The notes under the pieces: model-generated | Seen by the model: the letters and a program-made list of their open reading frames with translations, nothing else | What the model was told of the DNA's origin: nothing | The model's database searches: none | Position numbers and translations under genes: made by a program | Shown here: positions 41,596 through 53,216 of the stretch, in pieces | How positions within the stretch are numbered: position 1 is the stretch's first letter | Layout of the letters: the number at the start of each line of letters is the position of its first letter | Source: an uncultured cyanobacterium | Lineage (GTDB): Bacteria; Cyanobacteriota; Cyanobacteriia; Leptolyngbyales; Leptolyngbyaceae | NCBI GenBank assembly: GCA_963766075.1 | Contig: CAVYAN010000072.1 | Coordinates: 160,001-224,000 of the forward strand | Length of the DNA stretch: 64,000 bases | Direction: 5' to 3'

Positions 41596-42510
41596 ATGGT
41601 TAAGCTGGCTGAACAGGTCATAGTCATCACTGGTGCTTCGGCGGGCATCGGTGCCGCCCTCGCCCAACGGTTGGCCGAAAAATCTCCCGGCATCCGCTTA
41701 GTGCTGGCGGCCCGGACGGTAGAAAAACTGGAGGCGATCGCGGCCCACTGCACACAAGCCGGAGCCAAAGTCCTGATCGTACCCACCGATATGGCCCACA
41801 TCGATCAAGCCCAAGCCCTGGCCCAAAAGGCGCTGGACCATTTTGGTCGCGTCGATGCCCTCATCAACAATGCGGGCTATGGCCAGATGGGAGCCCTAGA
41901 ACTGATGCCACCCGCCGCCTGTCAGCGGCAATTTAGCGTCAACCTGCTTGGCCCCTTGGCTCTCACCCAGGCGCTGATTCCAACCATGCGAACCCAAGGC
42001 CGTGGGCGCATTATCAACATTAGCTCTCTGGGCGGGCGCACGGCGTTTCCCCTCGGCGGATTGTATAGTGCCTCTAAATTTGCCCTAGAGTCGATTAGCG
42101 ATGTCCTGCGGATGGAATTAGCCCCCTTCAACATTGCCGTAAGCGTCGTCGAACCCGGCCCCGTGAAAACAGAATTCTTTGCCGTGGTGAAAAATGAGCT
42201 AGCGGGCGCGATCGCCGCCCCAGAGGCCACCCCCTACCAGGCCGCTTTACAAAAACTAGACCAATTGGAGCAGCAAACCGCCGCCACCGCTTGGACCTCG
42301 GAGCGGGTCGCTGATGTAATTATTGATGCCCTCACGAGCGATCGCCCTAAACCCCGCTACGTTGCCGCTACCGGAGGCAAATTCTTATTGTTTTTACTGA
42401 CGAAACTTCTGCCCACCCGGCTCGTTGACCGTTTTTGGCAGCGATTCTATGGCATCCACCTCGTCGAAAAAGAATGGCAAGCGATCCTGAAACAGCACTC
42501 GCGCCCCTGA
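41596..42510 (+). CDS. SDR family oxidoreductase
   Basis: TGASAGIG, NNAG, YSASK. Confidence 0.92.
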   Translation: MVKLAEQVIVITGASAGIGAALAQRLAEKSPGIRLVLAARTVEKLEAIAAHCTQAGAKVLIVPTDMAHIDQAQALAQKALDHFGRVDALINNAGYGQMGALELMPPAACQRQFSVNLLGPLALTQALIPTMRTQGRGRIINISSLGGRTAFPLGGLYSASKFALESISDVLRMELAPFNIAVSVVEPGPVKTEFFAVVKNELAGAIAAPEATPYQAALQKLDQLEQQTAATAWTSERVADVIIDALTSDRPKPRYVAATGGKFLLFLLTKLLPTRLVDRFWQRFYGIHLVEKEWQAILKQHSRP

Positions 42511-42785
42511 AGTGAAGATAAGTCAGTCGATGAAATGACGCTTGTAGTGGGCAAACTATACCTGTACGCAAACCCCAAAGCAAACGTTAACAAATCCCTT
42601 AAAGAGTGGCGGTCTATCAATGTTGCTTTAGTAAAGTGTTGCTGAAGTGATCCCCACTGAAGCCAATTATCCGACAGAATAGCATTGCGTATTTTAACGG
42701 AGCCGAGACCTATAACTTCACCGTAACTTTACCGTTACTGAGAAATATCCCGGAACCGCCAACTCAACTTAATTCCCATAGGCTA

Positions 42786-43784
42786 ATGACTATCGTGCCT
42801 AAATCTGAAGAGCAATGGACCCAAGTCGCTATCTTGAGTCATACCTGTGTCATTCCGCTGCCGCCTAGCTTTACGGTTGTTTATGCCGTCGCCTTTAAGC
42901 AAGATTTTCAAAAAACTTGCCAAGACAATCCGGGCCTAGTCTCGGCAGTGTTGGATTTTCACCAAACCACTTTCATGGACAGCAGCGGTATTGGTGCCCT
43001 GGTTGGCTGTTACAAAATTGCCCAAAAGCACGGTCTTCACCTGGCTTTGCGCAATGTCTCGCCCCAGGTGTTAGCCATTCTCTCTCTGGCGGGTCTAGAA
43101 AACCTGTTCGAGATCGAACCCCAGGCCGCCCCGGTATCCATGGCCTTGGCTCCCCGCGATCGTCCGTTTATTACCCACCCCTCGGTGCGGTCTCGGACGA
43201 AACGCGTGTTGGATATTGTGGGGGCACTCGTGGGATTAGGGATTACGGTGCTGGTGTTTCCGGCGATCGCGATTGCCATCAAACTAGACAGCCCCGGCCC
43301 CATCTTTTTTGGGCAAACGCGCTGCTCCTGGATGGGCAAACGCTTCAAAATGTGGAAGTTCCGTTCCATGGTCACAGATGCTGAAGCCCGTAAGCATCAG
43401 GTGAAAAATGAAGCCAATGGCGCATTGTTCAAAAATGCCAACGATCCTCGGGTCACCCGCGTTGGGCGCTTTCTACGCAAAACCAGCCTAGACGAATTGC
43501 CCCAGTTTTGGTGTGTACTGATTGGTGATATGAGCCTGGTGGGCACCCGTCCACCTACCCCCGATGAAGTCCAGTGTTACGAAATTCCCCAATGGAATCG
43601 TTTAGACATCAAACCCGGCATGACTGGAGAATGGCAAGTCAACGGACGCTCCAAAATTACGGATTTTGATCAGGTGGTGCGTCTCGACATGCGTTATCAA
43701 GAAAACTGGACTCTGCTGTACGATCTTCAGATTATTATTAAGACGGTTTTGGTGCTATTTCGCAAGAACGCAGGTGCTTGTTAA
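42786..43784 (+). CDS. STAS (anti-anti-sigma) domain fused to priming sugar-phosphate transferase
   Basis: [14 protein letters not shown] motif; [33 protein letters not shown]. Confidence 0.92.
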   Translation: MTIVPKSEEQWTQVAILSHTCVIPLPPSFTVVYAVAFKQDFQKTCQDNPGLVSAVLDFHQTTFMDSSGIGALVGCYKIAQKHGLHLALRNVSPQVLAILSLAGLENLFEIEPQAAPVSMALAPRDRPFITHPSVRSRTKRVLDIVGALVGLGITVLVFPAIAIAIKLDSPGPIFFGQTRCSWMGKRFKMWKFRSMVTDAEARKHQVKNEANGALFKNANDPRVTRVGRFLRKTSLDELPQFWCVLIGDMSLVGTRPPTPDEVQCYEIPQWNRLDIKPGMTGEWQVNGRSKITDFDQVVRLDMRYQENWTLLYDLQIIIKTVLVLFRKNAGAC

Positions 43785-43837
43785 GCCTGCCAGCAGTTTG
43801 GGAGCCCCTTGCCCACGCATAATTTGTCCTCTGGGAT

Positions 43838-44227
43838 TTGCCCATGAGTCATCTACCCTTCCCAGAATCCTCCGCCAAATCCCATTCAGAATCTCCCCCC
43901 CAGTCTCACTACGTGTATCTTGCCCGGTGCGCCAATGGTGCCATTTACACGGGGTACAGTAACAACGTGGCCCAGCGGATTGCCACCCATAATGCGGGTA
44001 AAGGCGGGCACTACACGCGCGCCCACCGCCCCGTAGAGCTTTTAGTCTGCTGGTCTTGCCGAACCAAGACCGCAGCCCTGCAAGCAGAATATGCCATTAA
44101 GCAGCTACCCCGCCAGAAAAAGCTGGCTTTGGCCGCTGGGGACCATCCCCCGGAATGGTTGCATCGTTTTCTCTCACTCCCCTCTGGCCTCACCGACTCA
44201 TCGTCTTCCCCTCATCCCGCAGCATGA
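43838..44227 (+). CDS. GIY-YIG nuclease family protein (UPF0213/YhbQ-like)
   Basis: YVY-RC-G-IYTG, R-HN-GKG-YTR-RPV, AE-IK. Confidence 0.88.
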   Translation: MPMSHLPFPESSAKSHSESPPQSHYVYLARCANGAIYTGYSNNVAQRIATHNAGKGGHYTRAHRPVELLVCWSCRTKTAALQAEYAIKQLPRQKKLALAAGDHPPEWLHRFLSLPSGLTDSSSSPHPAA

Positions 44228-44421
44228 AGCCTTAGCTAGAGGCAGACAGGCCGCAATGCCTTGGCCTACTGCCCTTGATCCCCAATTTTTTGCCGTTTCC
44301 TCGATCAACACGCCTTATTTTTTCATCGTAGTATTCTTGGTATACAATTTTCTGGCGTGCGCAGGCAGAAAGTTCATTTATACTAATCAAGCCTAGGCAT
44401 TGATGAGGGGAGAAAAAATCG

Positions 44422-44961
44422 ATGGCAAAAACGAATCTGTCTAAAAACGTGACGATCGCAGAAAACCTGGTGGCAGAAATTGTGCCCCCGGCAGAACTGG
44501 TAGAGGATGCGGGTGCCGAGACCGTGGCCGAAGATGCAGCGGCTTCAACCCCTGATGCTTCTGGGCCTGTGGATGCTCCGATAGAACCGGGTGCCGTTAA
44601 GTCTGGCTCAGGGACAGAGAAGTCTGGCCTAGTGGAGTCTGCTCCAATAGGGTCTGGCCTAGTAGAGTCTAGCCAAGACATTGACGAGCTGATTAATGCC
44701 CTCAAATCCTTGCTCAGTGCAGTCGAAAAGCTCCAAAAAGTCCGGCAGGAAGTGGGGGACATCAAGCCTTTGATTCTGCGGATGCTGGATGGGGAGATTA
44801 TGGCCGGTGAGGAACTAGAGCAATTGAAGACGGGCGTAGCGGGTTTGTTTCGGCTGACTCGGGCCTATACGGATCATCAAATGGCCCTGAGCAAAGCGCA
44901 ACCCGCCCGCACGTTTTTAGACGAAGTGCTGAAGGTGCGGGACACTCAGCGATCCCTGTAG
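44422..44961 (+). CDS. Hypothetical protein (acidic low-complexity N-terminus, helical C-terminus)
   Basis: 179-aa ORF with GGAG RBS; short internal SGLVES repeat. Confidence 0.75.
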   Translation: MAKTNLSKNVTIAENLVAEIVPPAELVEDAGAETVAEDAAASTPDASGPVDAPIEPGAVKSGSGTEKSGLVESAPIGSGLVESSQDIDELINALKSLLSAVEKLQKVRQEVGDIKPLILRMLDGEIMAGEELEQLKTGVAGLFRLTRAYTDHQMALSKAQPARTFLDEVLKVRDTQRSL

Positions 44962-45085
44962 GAGTAGGTGGTTAGGACACCACCCCAGTTAGGACACCAT
45001 TGAGGTCTTGGCGAGAGGGTTCTTGCGCAGAGGAGAGAATTTTCTGCCTGTGGGGCAAGGGGCGATCTGATTCTCACGGCTGCGT

Positions 45086-46237
45086 TTAGCCGACTTGGTT
45101 GCGAAAGCGATAGGTGCTAATGGTCAATAAGACAACTGCAAAACAGGCTAACGCGATCGCATGTACCCACAGGGCTTCCATCCCGACGCCCTTGAGTAAA
45201 ATGCCCCGGACGATCGCAATATAGTGGCGCAGGGGATTCCCCCAGGAAAGGTACTGGAAAAATTTGGGCATGGTTTCGATCGGGGCGATCGCCCCTGACA
45301 ACTGCACCATCGGCAAATTAATAAAGAACGTCGTTAACACCACCTGCTGCTGCGATTGGCAAATGGTCGCCAGCATAATGCCCACGCCAATGCCCACAAA
45401 GACATAGAGTCCAGACAGTCCCATAAATAACAGGAAGCTGCCGCGAAACGGGACATTAAAAATCCCGCGACCAATCGACAGGGCTAACAGGACATCGCCC
45501 ATGAGTAGCGTAAACAGCGGCACAACTTTGGCCAACAAAATTTCCCAGGCTTCAGCCGGCGTCATTAACAGTTGTTCTAGGGTACCTGTGTCCTTCTCCC
45601 GCACAACGGTCACCGACGAAACAATTGAGCCAATCAGCGTCAGCACCAACCCCATTACCCCTGGAACAAAGAACCAACTACTGGTGAGGCCAGGATTGTA
45701 CAGAAAAATGACCTGCGTGTTGATGGGAGTCATCGGATCGGAATTCATCTGGCCTGGATTCATTTGATCCCGGTTCAAATGCTGCTGGCTAAATTGCTGC
45801 ACAATTTGACTGATATAGCCGTTGGCAATACCCGCAGTATTGGCATCAACCCCATCAATCACCACTTGAATATCGGCAGGTTTGCCAGCGGCAAGGTCAC
45901 GGCTAAATTCCGGTGGAATCACAATGCCCACCGTGAGGCTGCCGACTTCCACTTGCTTAGCCAATTCCGATTCGCTAAATAATGTGGCTTCAGCATCAAA
46001 TACCTGATTTTCAGTGACGGCAGCAACCAGTTCCCGACTATCCGCAGTGCGGGCGTAATCTACAATCCCCAGTTTAAGATGATGGACATCCGGATTGAGG
46101 GCAAATCCATAGATTAGCAGTTGCAATGTTGGTGGAATAATTAATAAAAATAATAACTGCTTATTACGTAGGATTTGATTGACTTCTTTGCGAACTAAGG
46201 CCCAAAAGCGACTGGCAAAAAATTGTCTCAAGAACAT
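45086..46237 (-). CDS. ABC-2 type permease (YbhR-like)
   Basis: YNPGL-S-WF-VPG, REKD-GTLEQLL-TP. Confidence 0.9.
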   Translation of the reverse strand: MFLRQFFASRFWALVRKEVNQILRNKQLLFLLIIPPTLQLLIYGFALNPDVHHLKLGIVDYARTADSRELVAAVTENQVFDAEATLFSESELAKQVEVGSLTVGIVIPPEFSRDLAAGKPADIQVVIDGVDANTAGIANGYISQIVQQFSQQHLNRDQMNPGQMNSDPMTPINTQVIFLYNPGLTSSWFFVPGVMGLVLTLIGSIVSSVTVVREKDTGTLEQLLMTPAEAWEILLAKVVPLFTLLMGDVLLALSIGRGIFNVPFRGSFLLFMGLSGLYVFVGIGVGIMLATICQSQQQVVLTTFFINLPMVQLSGAIAPIETMPKFFQYLSWGNPLRHYIAIVRGILLKGVGMEALWVHAIALACFAVVLLTISTYRFRNQVG

Positions 46238-46240
46238 GTC

Positions 46241-47342
46241 TCAATCTCCTAACTGCATGCGACTGAGTGATTTGCGAGCGACGTTAAACAACAGCAGTCC
46301 CAAACCCAAAATCATTACCAAACTGAACCAAACCCCCGGCCAGCCAACACCGCGCACATAGGCATCGCGGGTAATGAGAATGAAGTAGCGAGCAGGAATA
46401 ATGTTCGATACCAGGGAAAGGGGAAAGGGGATATTACTCAGGGGATAGATGAATCCGGAGAGCAGCAGAGCAGTTAAAAAACCGACCAAGGATACGCCCT
46501 GCACGGCGGCATTTTGATTGCTAGCGCGCGCGCCTAGCATCGTGCCAAACATGACGCTGCTGCCAACGTAGAGTGGTGTCCCCAAAAGCAACGGTGTCGG
46601 ATCTCCGGCAAAGCTTAACTGAAAAATCAAAGTCCCCAAGCCGATGATGACGATCGCCATCCCCAACCCCACGATCAAATAGGCCAACACCTTGCCCAAA
46701 ATCAACTCCTCCGCACTCAAATCAGAGGCATAGACTTGCAAAATCGTGCCCTTTTCCTTTTCGCGTACCATGGCGATCGCGGCCAGCAGGGACGGAAAAA
46801 TCCACAGCACCACCGCGTAGACCCCCGGCACAATATAGAGCGACTCCTGCCGTCCCGGGTTGAACCACAGGCGCGTATGGGGCGTGATGAGCGCGGTGTC
46901 AGGAACTAATTTCTCAGCTTGCAAAAAGGACTGGGTCGTGGCTTTAATGCTGTTTTTAATCACGCGGGCATTATTGGCATCGGTGCCATCAACGAGCACC
47001 TGAACATCACTGACCTTATTGGCGGCAATGCGACGGCTAAAGTCCGGCGGCACGATGACCACCGCTTTGGCAAGGCTGTAGATCTAGCGCCTGTTCCGCA
47101 TCCCCATCCCACGGCACTAGCATGAACTGATTTGTAGCGGATAACCGCTCGGTATAGCGCTGACTCAAAGGACTCCGGTCCCAGTCCTGGACGACAAGAG
47201 GAATATCTTTCGCCTCTAGCCGAATTGCAAAGCCAAAGATGAGCAGGGTTAACAGGGGCAGAACAAAAGCCAGGGCCAACGTCAGGCGATCGCGCCGAAA
47301 TTGGGCCAGTTCTTTTGTGCATTGGGAGAGGATACGAAACAT
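46241..47342 (-). CDS. ABC-2 type permease (YbhS-like); 1-nt frameshift near 47078
   Basis: KEL-QF-RDR-TL N-terminus in ORF 47037..47342 continues as SLAKAVVIVPPDF in the frame of 46241..47062. Confidence 0.85.
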
Positions 47343-47403
47343 TGGGATTTTTAGATTTGGGATTTTTAGATTTGGGATTTTAGATTTGGGATTTTAGATT
47401 TGG
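47343..47403. repeat. STRR-type tandem repeat (TGGGATTTT(T)AGATT)x4
   Basis: Directly visible immediately upstream of the permease ATG. Confidence 0.85.
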
Positions 47404-47495
47404 CATAGAAAGAAGCGCGGCGCAACGCTGGGCGAGAGGGTTTTGGATTTTATTCACCGGGCGGTACTCGTTAACACCGGGCGATTTTTAATGGA

Positions 47496-49504
47496 TCACT
47501 GAGCCGAGTGTCCCGTGCCCGCCCGCTGAACAACGCTGATGAAGGCATCTTCGAGGGAAAAGGGCACCGGGCGATGGGATTGCAGTTGGATATGGGCATT
47601 AGACAGGAGCGTTTGAATTGGGGGCATGTCGGTGTCGGGATGGTCGAGGACAACATGGAGGCGATCGCCAAAAATGGCCACCCGCCAACCGTCCAAATGC
47701 GTTTTAAGGACATCGGCGGCCTGCTGGTTGCGATCGACACGCATTTCGATCAGTTGGCCCGGTTGAGCGGCCTTGATTTCGCTGGGCGATCCCTGCATCA
47801 CCAACTCCCCCGCCACCATAAAGCCCATGCGGTTGCATTGTTCCGCTTCCTCTAGATAGTGAGTGGTGACCAGAACCGCCGTTCCGCGCTGGGCAAAATC
47901 ATTAATCAGCCGCCAAAACTGCCGCCGCGCCAAGGGATCCACGCCAGAGGTCGGCTCATCCAGAAATAAAATTTCCGGCTCATGCATCACGGAAGCGCCA
48001 AAGGCCACGCGCTGCTTCCAACCGCCAGGAAGCTGTCCCGTCATCAAATTTTCCTGCCCGACTAGGCCGCAGATGTCCATCACCCAGGCAATTTTTTGCT
48101 GCCGCAACCGGACAGGGACTTCATACACCCCGCAATAAAACTCCAGATTTTCCACGACGCTTAAATCATCATACAGCGTGAATTTTTGGCTCATATAGCC
48201 AATGCGCCGCCGCAGAGCCCCGCTTCTAAGTTCTGGGTTTGGCCCGCCAGGGAAATATCACCTTGGCTCGGAGGCAGCAGCCCACAAAGCATTTTGATCG
48301 TGGTGGTTTTTCCAGCCCCATTAGCTCCCAGCAAGCCAAAAATTTCGCCATAGCGCAATGTCAAATTGATGTTTTTAACCGCATGAAAAGTTGCCAAACG
48401 TCTTGTGCAGATTATGGGCACCAATGGCAATACATTGTTAGCAATTTTGAATTTTGAATTTCGAATTTCCGTCGGTATAGCCGTCGGCAATGGAATAAAC
48501 GGCGGATTCCGGAACCCTGCTGTCGTAGGCGGGTGACAAAAACGTTTTCCAGAGTTGGCTGTCTGGTCAAGGCTGAATCGAGCGGCAGATGATTCAGTTG
48601 CAGCACAGTCCGCACTTGGGCTTCGGCATGGACGGATCGGTGACGAGGACATCGAGGCGATCGCCAAAGGTTTGAATATCCCGAATGTCTGTGGCTGGGG
48701 CTGCGCTGGTGGCTGTCACCAAAGGCATCAGCGCCCGTTCAGCGGCAGCAATGTCTGGCGTGCGAATTTCTAGGCGTTGCAGGCCCAGGTTGGCCCGCAG
48801 TTGCGGCAGGGTGCCGACTTCGTGAATTTGCCCTTCGTACATCAGGGCAATCCGGTTGCAGCGTTCGGCCTCGTCCAGATAGGGCGTGGCGACAACAATG
48901 GTCATGCCTTCGCTGGCCAGGGCGGCCAATACATCCCAAAACTCTCGCCGCGACACGGGATCTACTCCAGTGGTGGGTTCATCCAGCAGCAGGATTTGCG
49001 GTTGAGGAATTAGGGCACAGCAGAGGGCAAGTTTTTGCTTCATGCCGCCGGAGAGTTGGCCAGCAAGGCGATCGCCAATCTGTTCCAGCCCCATCAGGGT
49101 CAGATATTTCTGCCGCCGCTGCTGAAAGTCGGACTCGCTACGCGCCGCAGTCCAGCGGTGTAGCGCAGGTTTTCATCAATGCTAAGGTCGAGATACAGGG
49201 AAAACTGCTGGGTGAGGTAGCCCATGTTCAAGCGGGCGTTGCGGGGCTTTTTTCCCAGCACATCAATCGTGCCGCCGGAGGCTTCCATAATGCCGCCGAG
49301 AATGTGAAAGGTGCTGGTCTTTCCGGCCCCATCGGGGCCAATTAAGCCAAAAATTTCCCCTGCATACACCTCGAAGTCGATGCCTTTGACAGCGAGTAGC
49401 GGCCCATAACGCTTTTGCAGACCCCCGACACGAATAATGGGAACATTCCCAGAGGACGCACTCGTAGTTTCAACAATGGAGGTGGGTAGGGCACTGGCGG
49501 TCAT
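47496..49504 (-). CDS. Double-NBD ABC ATPase (YbhF-like), broken by about six single-base indels
   Basis: [22 protein letters not shown]; second [23 protein letters not shown]. Pieces lie in different frames (indels near 49140, 48635, 48510, 48432, 48388, 48225). Confidence 0.8.
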
Positions 49505-49545
49505 TTGAGTATCTCCGGTGGGGCAGTCGATTTTCAATTAAGTGA

Positions 49546-52500
49546 CTAGAGTTCTTTCTCCCGTAGCGTTTGCAGCACTTTGGGCGTGAAGGGATTTTTC
49601 CCGGCTTGGAGGTCTTTGATCCAGGCTTGGCGTTGGGCTTTGCGATCGTCTTCCTCTGTCCATTCGACAAAGGCTTGGAAGTCGGCGATCGCTCCCTCAA
49701 CATCTCCCGTCATTGCCCTGGCCAGACCGCGACTATCCCGATATTCACCATTGTCTGGATCCGCCGCCACCACTTTTTCGCAAATGGACATCACGGTTTC
49801 GGCCTGATTCCAGACACTGCCACCACCACAGAGAATATTCCAGTTGGTTGTCATACGGTTATCACGTCGTTCATCTGGAAGCAGAGTTTCTGCCTGCTGT
49901 ATGAGGGCGATCGCCTCGGTGATTTTACCTTGGCGGATCAGCGGTGAAGTCTGTTCAATGATCCCCCAGGCAACAAACTGGCGGGCAGACTGCTCTGGTT
50001 CCAACGCTGTGTCTGGATTGAGTTGCAATACCTGGCGAAACTTCTGCACCACAGGCTCTAGCTTCCCTTCCCTTGCCAGGTTATACCCTTCCCAAAATAA
50101 GCGGTCAGACTTACCCCGCGCGGCCCATTGTTGTGCCTCGGTTGCTGGGTTCAGCGATAGTCGCGGTTCAAGTTGTAACGCCTCCTGAAACTTGGCCACG
50201 GCGGTTGGAATACTTTCATCCAAGGCTAGATCCTGACCTTCTTCAACCAGACGTTGGGCTTTTCCCTGGTTGGCAAGCTGTTGCGCTTCCTGTTCAGGAT
50301 CAAATTTTAAATTAGGGTCTTGCTGCAAGGCTTGGCGCAGCAGGTTAACTGCATTGGGAATATCCCCCAGCCTTGCCAGGGTGCGTCCAGCGGGCAGCAG
50401 GGTGGCTGGGTTCTGGCAGGTGTCTAGTTCCAGCAGCCGTTGCGGATGGGAGATCAGGTAATCCTGGAGCAGGGTGCAGCCTTGAGCCATCAAGGTTGGG
50501 GTCGAAGCCAGATCACTAAGACTCCACAGATAAGCCGTACCATTAACGATAAAAGCAAGGCTCTGGCCATCGGGACTAAAGTTCGGAAAATAGGGCAAAC
50601 TGTCGGCTTTCAGGGTGGTGATCAGGGTGCCATCGCGTTTCCAGAGTCTGATGGCGTTATCTTCTCCCGAAGTGGCGATTTGTTGACCATCGCGACTGAT
50701 CGCTACCTCTGTAACGGCGGCAGCTATGTCCCTTCAGGGTAGTGATGAGCTTGCCATCTAATGTCCAGAGTTTTGCCGTTTTGTCGAAGCTGGCAGTGGC
50801 GATTGTTTGTCCATCTGCACTAAATGTGGCATAACTGATCTCACCCTGGTGCCCTTTTAAGACGAGTAATCAACTTGCCATCTCGCTGCCACAGGCTCAC
50901 TTTTGAGCCGGAATCTGAGCCAGCAAGCGTCAATACCATTGTCAAGTCAGGACTGATTCTTGCCCAATTTCCCCAGTTGATGGGTCCCGAAAACGCCTGA
51001 ATGAGTTTACCCTCCAATGTCCAGAGGCTCAGGGTTCTATCTTCGCGACTGAGGGTTGCGAGGGTTTGGCCATCCGCACTGAACTTAAGATTATTAATTG
51101 GGCTTTTTGTTTTAGGAAGCGTTCGGATCAGGGTGCCATCCGTGCGCCACAGTGTCAAGCGATGATCGGTACTGGCAAGGGCAAATATCTCCCCATTAGG
51201 ACTGACGGCGGAGTCATTGATATCAAATTGCCGGGTCAGGGTTTTGACGGCTGTACCATCGAGTTTTGCCAGGGTGATATTTCCGTCTACACCAAAGAGG
51301 AAGACGAACGGACGACCCGGAATAAATCTTAGACTGTCAATGCCCTGGTTATTGCCTTTCATTGAGGTGATTAAGGGGCTATGCAACTGCCAGAATTTAG
51401 CTGTGCCATCGCCACTGGTGGAAAGCAGGGTTTGACCATCTGGACTAAAGCTGAGGCTACTGACCCAACCACTGTGCCCTTTGAGAGTCCGTAGTAAGGT
51501 CCCATCTACTTTCCAGAGCTTGATCGTCTTGTCGTCACTGCCAGAAGCCAGGGTTTGGCCATCGGGGCTAAAACTGACAGTACGAACACTGTCGCTATGC
51601 CCTTTAAGGGTTTTGATTAGGGTGCCGTCTAGCTTCCAGAGCTTGATGGTCTGATCACCACTACCCGAAACCAGGGTTTGCCCATCCGGGCTAAAAGTAA
51701 CGGACAAGACCCGATCGCGATGCCCCTTTAAGGTTTTGATCAAAGAGCCGTCCGGTTTCCAGAGTTTAATAGTGCGGTCATCACTGGCCGTTGCCAGGAT
51801 TTGGCCGTTAGGACTAAAACTAACCTGATTGATCGGCTTAGGGCGTCCTTTCAGAGTGTGCAGCAGGGTGCCATCGCGTTTCCAAATTTTGGTCGTGTTA
51901 TCTGCACTCGCAGAGACAAGCGTTTGTCCATCCGGGCTAAAAGCAACACTGGTCAGCTCATCTTGATGCCCTTTCAGCGTTTTCAACCGCTGACCATCGA
52001 TACTCCAAAGTTGCACGGTGCGATCGGCGTTTGCGGTAGCCAAAGTCTGACCATCCGGACTAAAACTCACGCTAAAGACATAATCAATTGTCCTCAGGGT
52101 TCGGAGCAACGTGCCATCCCGCCGCCACAGTTTGATCGTCTTATCATCACTGGCGGTGGCAATCATGTTGCCATCCGGGCTGAAACTCCCCTGCCGCAGG
52201 TAATCATTGTGTCCTTCCAATCGATTTTGCTCTTTTACCCCATAGATCACCTGCTGCAACGTGCTGATGGCTGCGGCTTGGTTTTCGGTGTCGGGATGGG
52301 TTGACTTTTTGAGTTGTTGGCCCAGTTTGATCGCAGTAATTAACGCCTCAATATCTTGATTGGATGCCAAATAGGCATTAGCCGAAGCACTCAGCGCCAG
52401 GATTTGGCCTTTTTCGGCTTCCAGTTGGCGCTGTTTAGCCTGCTGATATTGGGTAAAAGCGATCGCCGCCAGTCCCATCGCTCCCACCAACCCAACCGTA

Positions 52501-53120
52501 GATACAATCCGGCCCCGTCGCTGCCGCTGAATTTCAGCTTTGCCACTGGCCAAAATGTATTGAGTTTGCAGCGTGGTGGGCTTGGGATCGTTGTCCAGTC
52601 CCCGGCTTAACCAGCGATCGGCGGCTTTTAGATCATTTCCCCGCAGCAAAAAGCTGCCATCTCGTTGACTTTGATCCCACTCGATCGCCCTTACCAACAA
52701 CCGCGTATGGGCGCGCACATACTCCAGATCGGTATCGATCACCGTCAGCAAATCTTGAAAGGCGAGATCGAAATCATCCGCCTCCCGCACAAATAGCCAA
52801 TTATGCTTTTGCAGCGCGGGATGCACCTGCTGAGCATCAAAATCATCCCGGCGAACCACTGGCACCAAGCGCTTATTATGGGTCACGGCATGGTCAATCT
52901 CTTGACCACAGACCTTAGACGCCACCGAATCGGGACTAATCACAAAAACAAACATATCGGCAGCTTCGATCCCACGCTCAATTTCCTGCCACCAGTCAGC
53001 GGAAAGGGGGATATCTTCCCAATCAACCCAGGTTTCGCGATCGCCCTGGATCAATCGACCATGCAACACTTTGACAAAATCCTTGTCTTTGCGTGAGTAG
53101 GAGATAAAAACATCACTCAT
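49546..53120 (-). CDS. TIR - TM - WD40 - TPR protein; two +1 frameshifts near 50862 and 50724
   Basis: [11 protein letters not shown], one TM, many GH…FSPDG…W repeats. WD40 text continues through 50860-50600 in shifted frames ([31 protein letters not shown]) into the TPR ORF 49546..50598. Confidence 0.85.
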
Positions 53121-53216
53121 ACAGATTCCCTCGGGGACGGAAGGATCTTGCTGGATTCAAAAGAATCAAGGCCTTTTCCGGATGAAATCAGCATCACCTG
53201 ACATCGGAACATCCCA

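Noticed and set aside
43838..44227. GIY-YIG gene as a homing endonuclease or mobiliser of the repeats
   Set aside because: Short stand-alone UPF0213-type protein, with no intron context and no flanking REP copies
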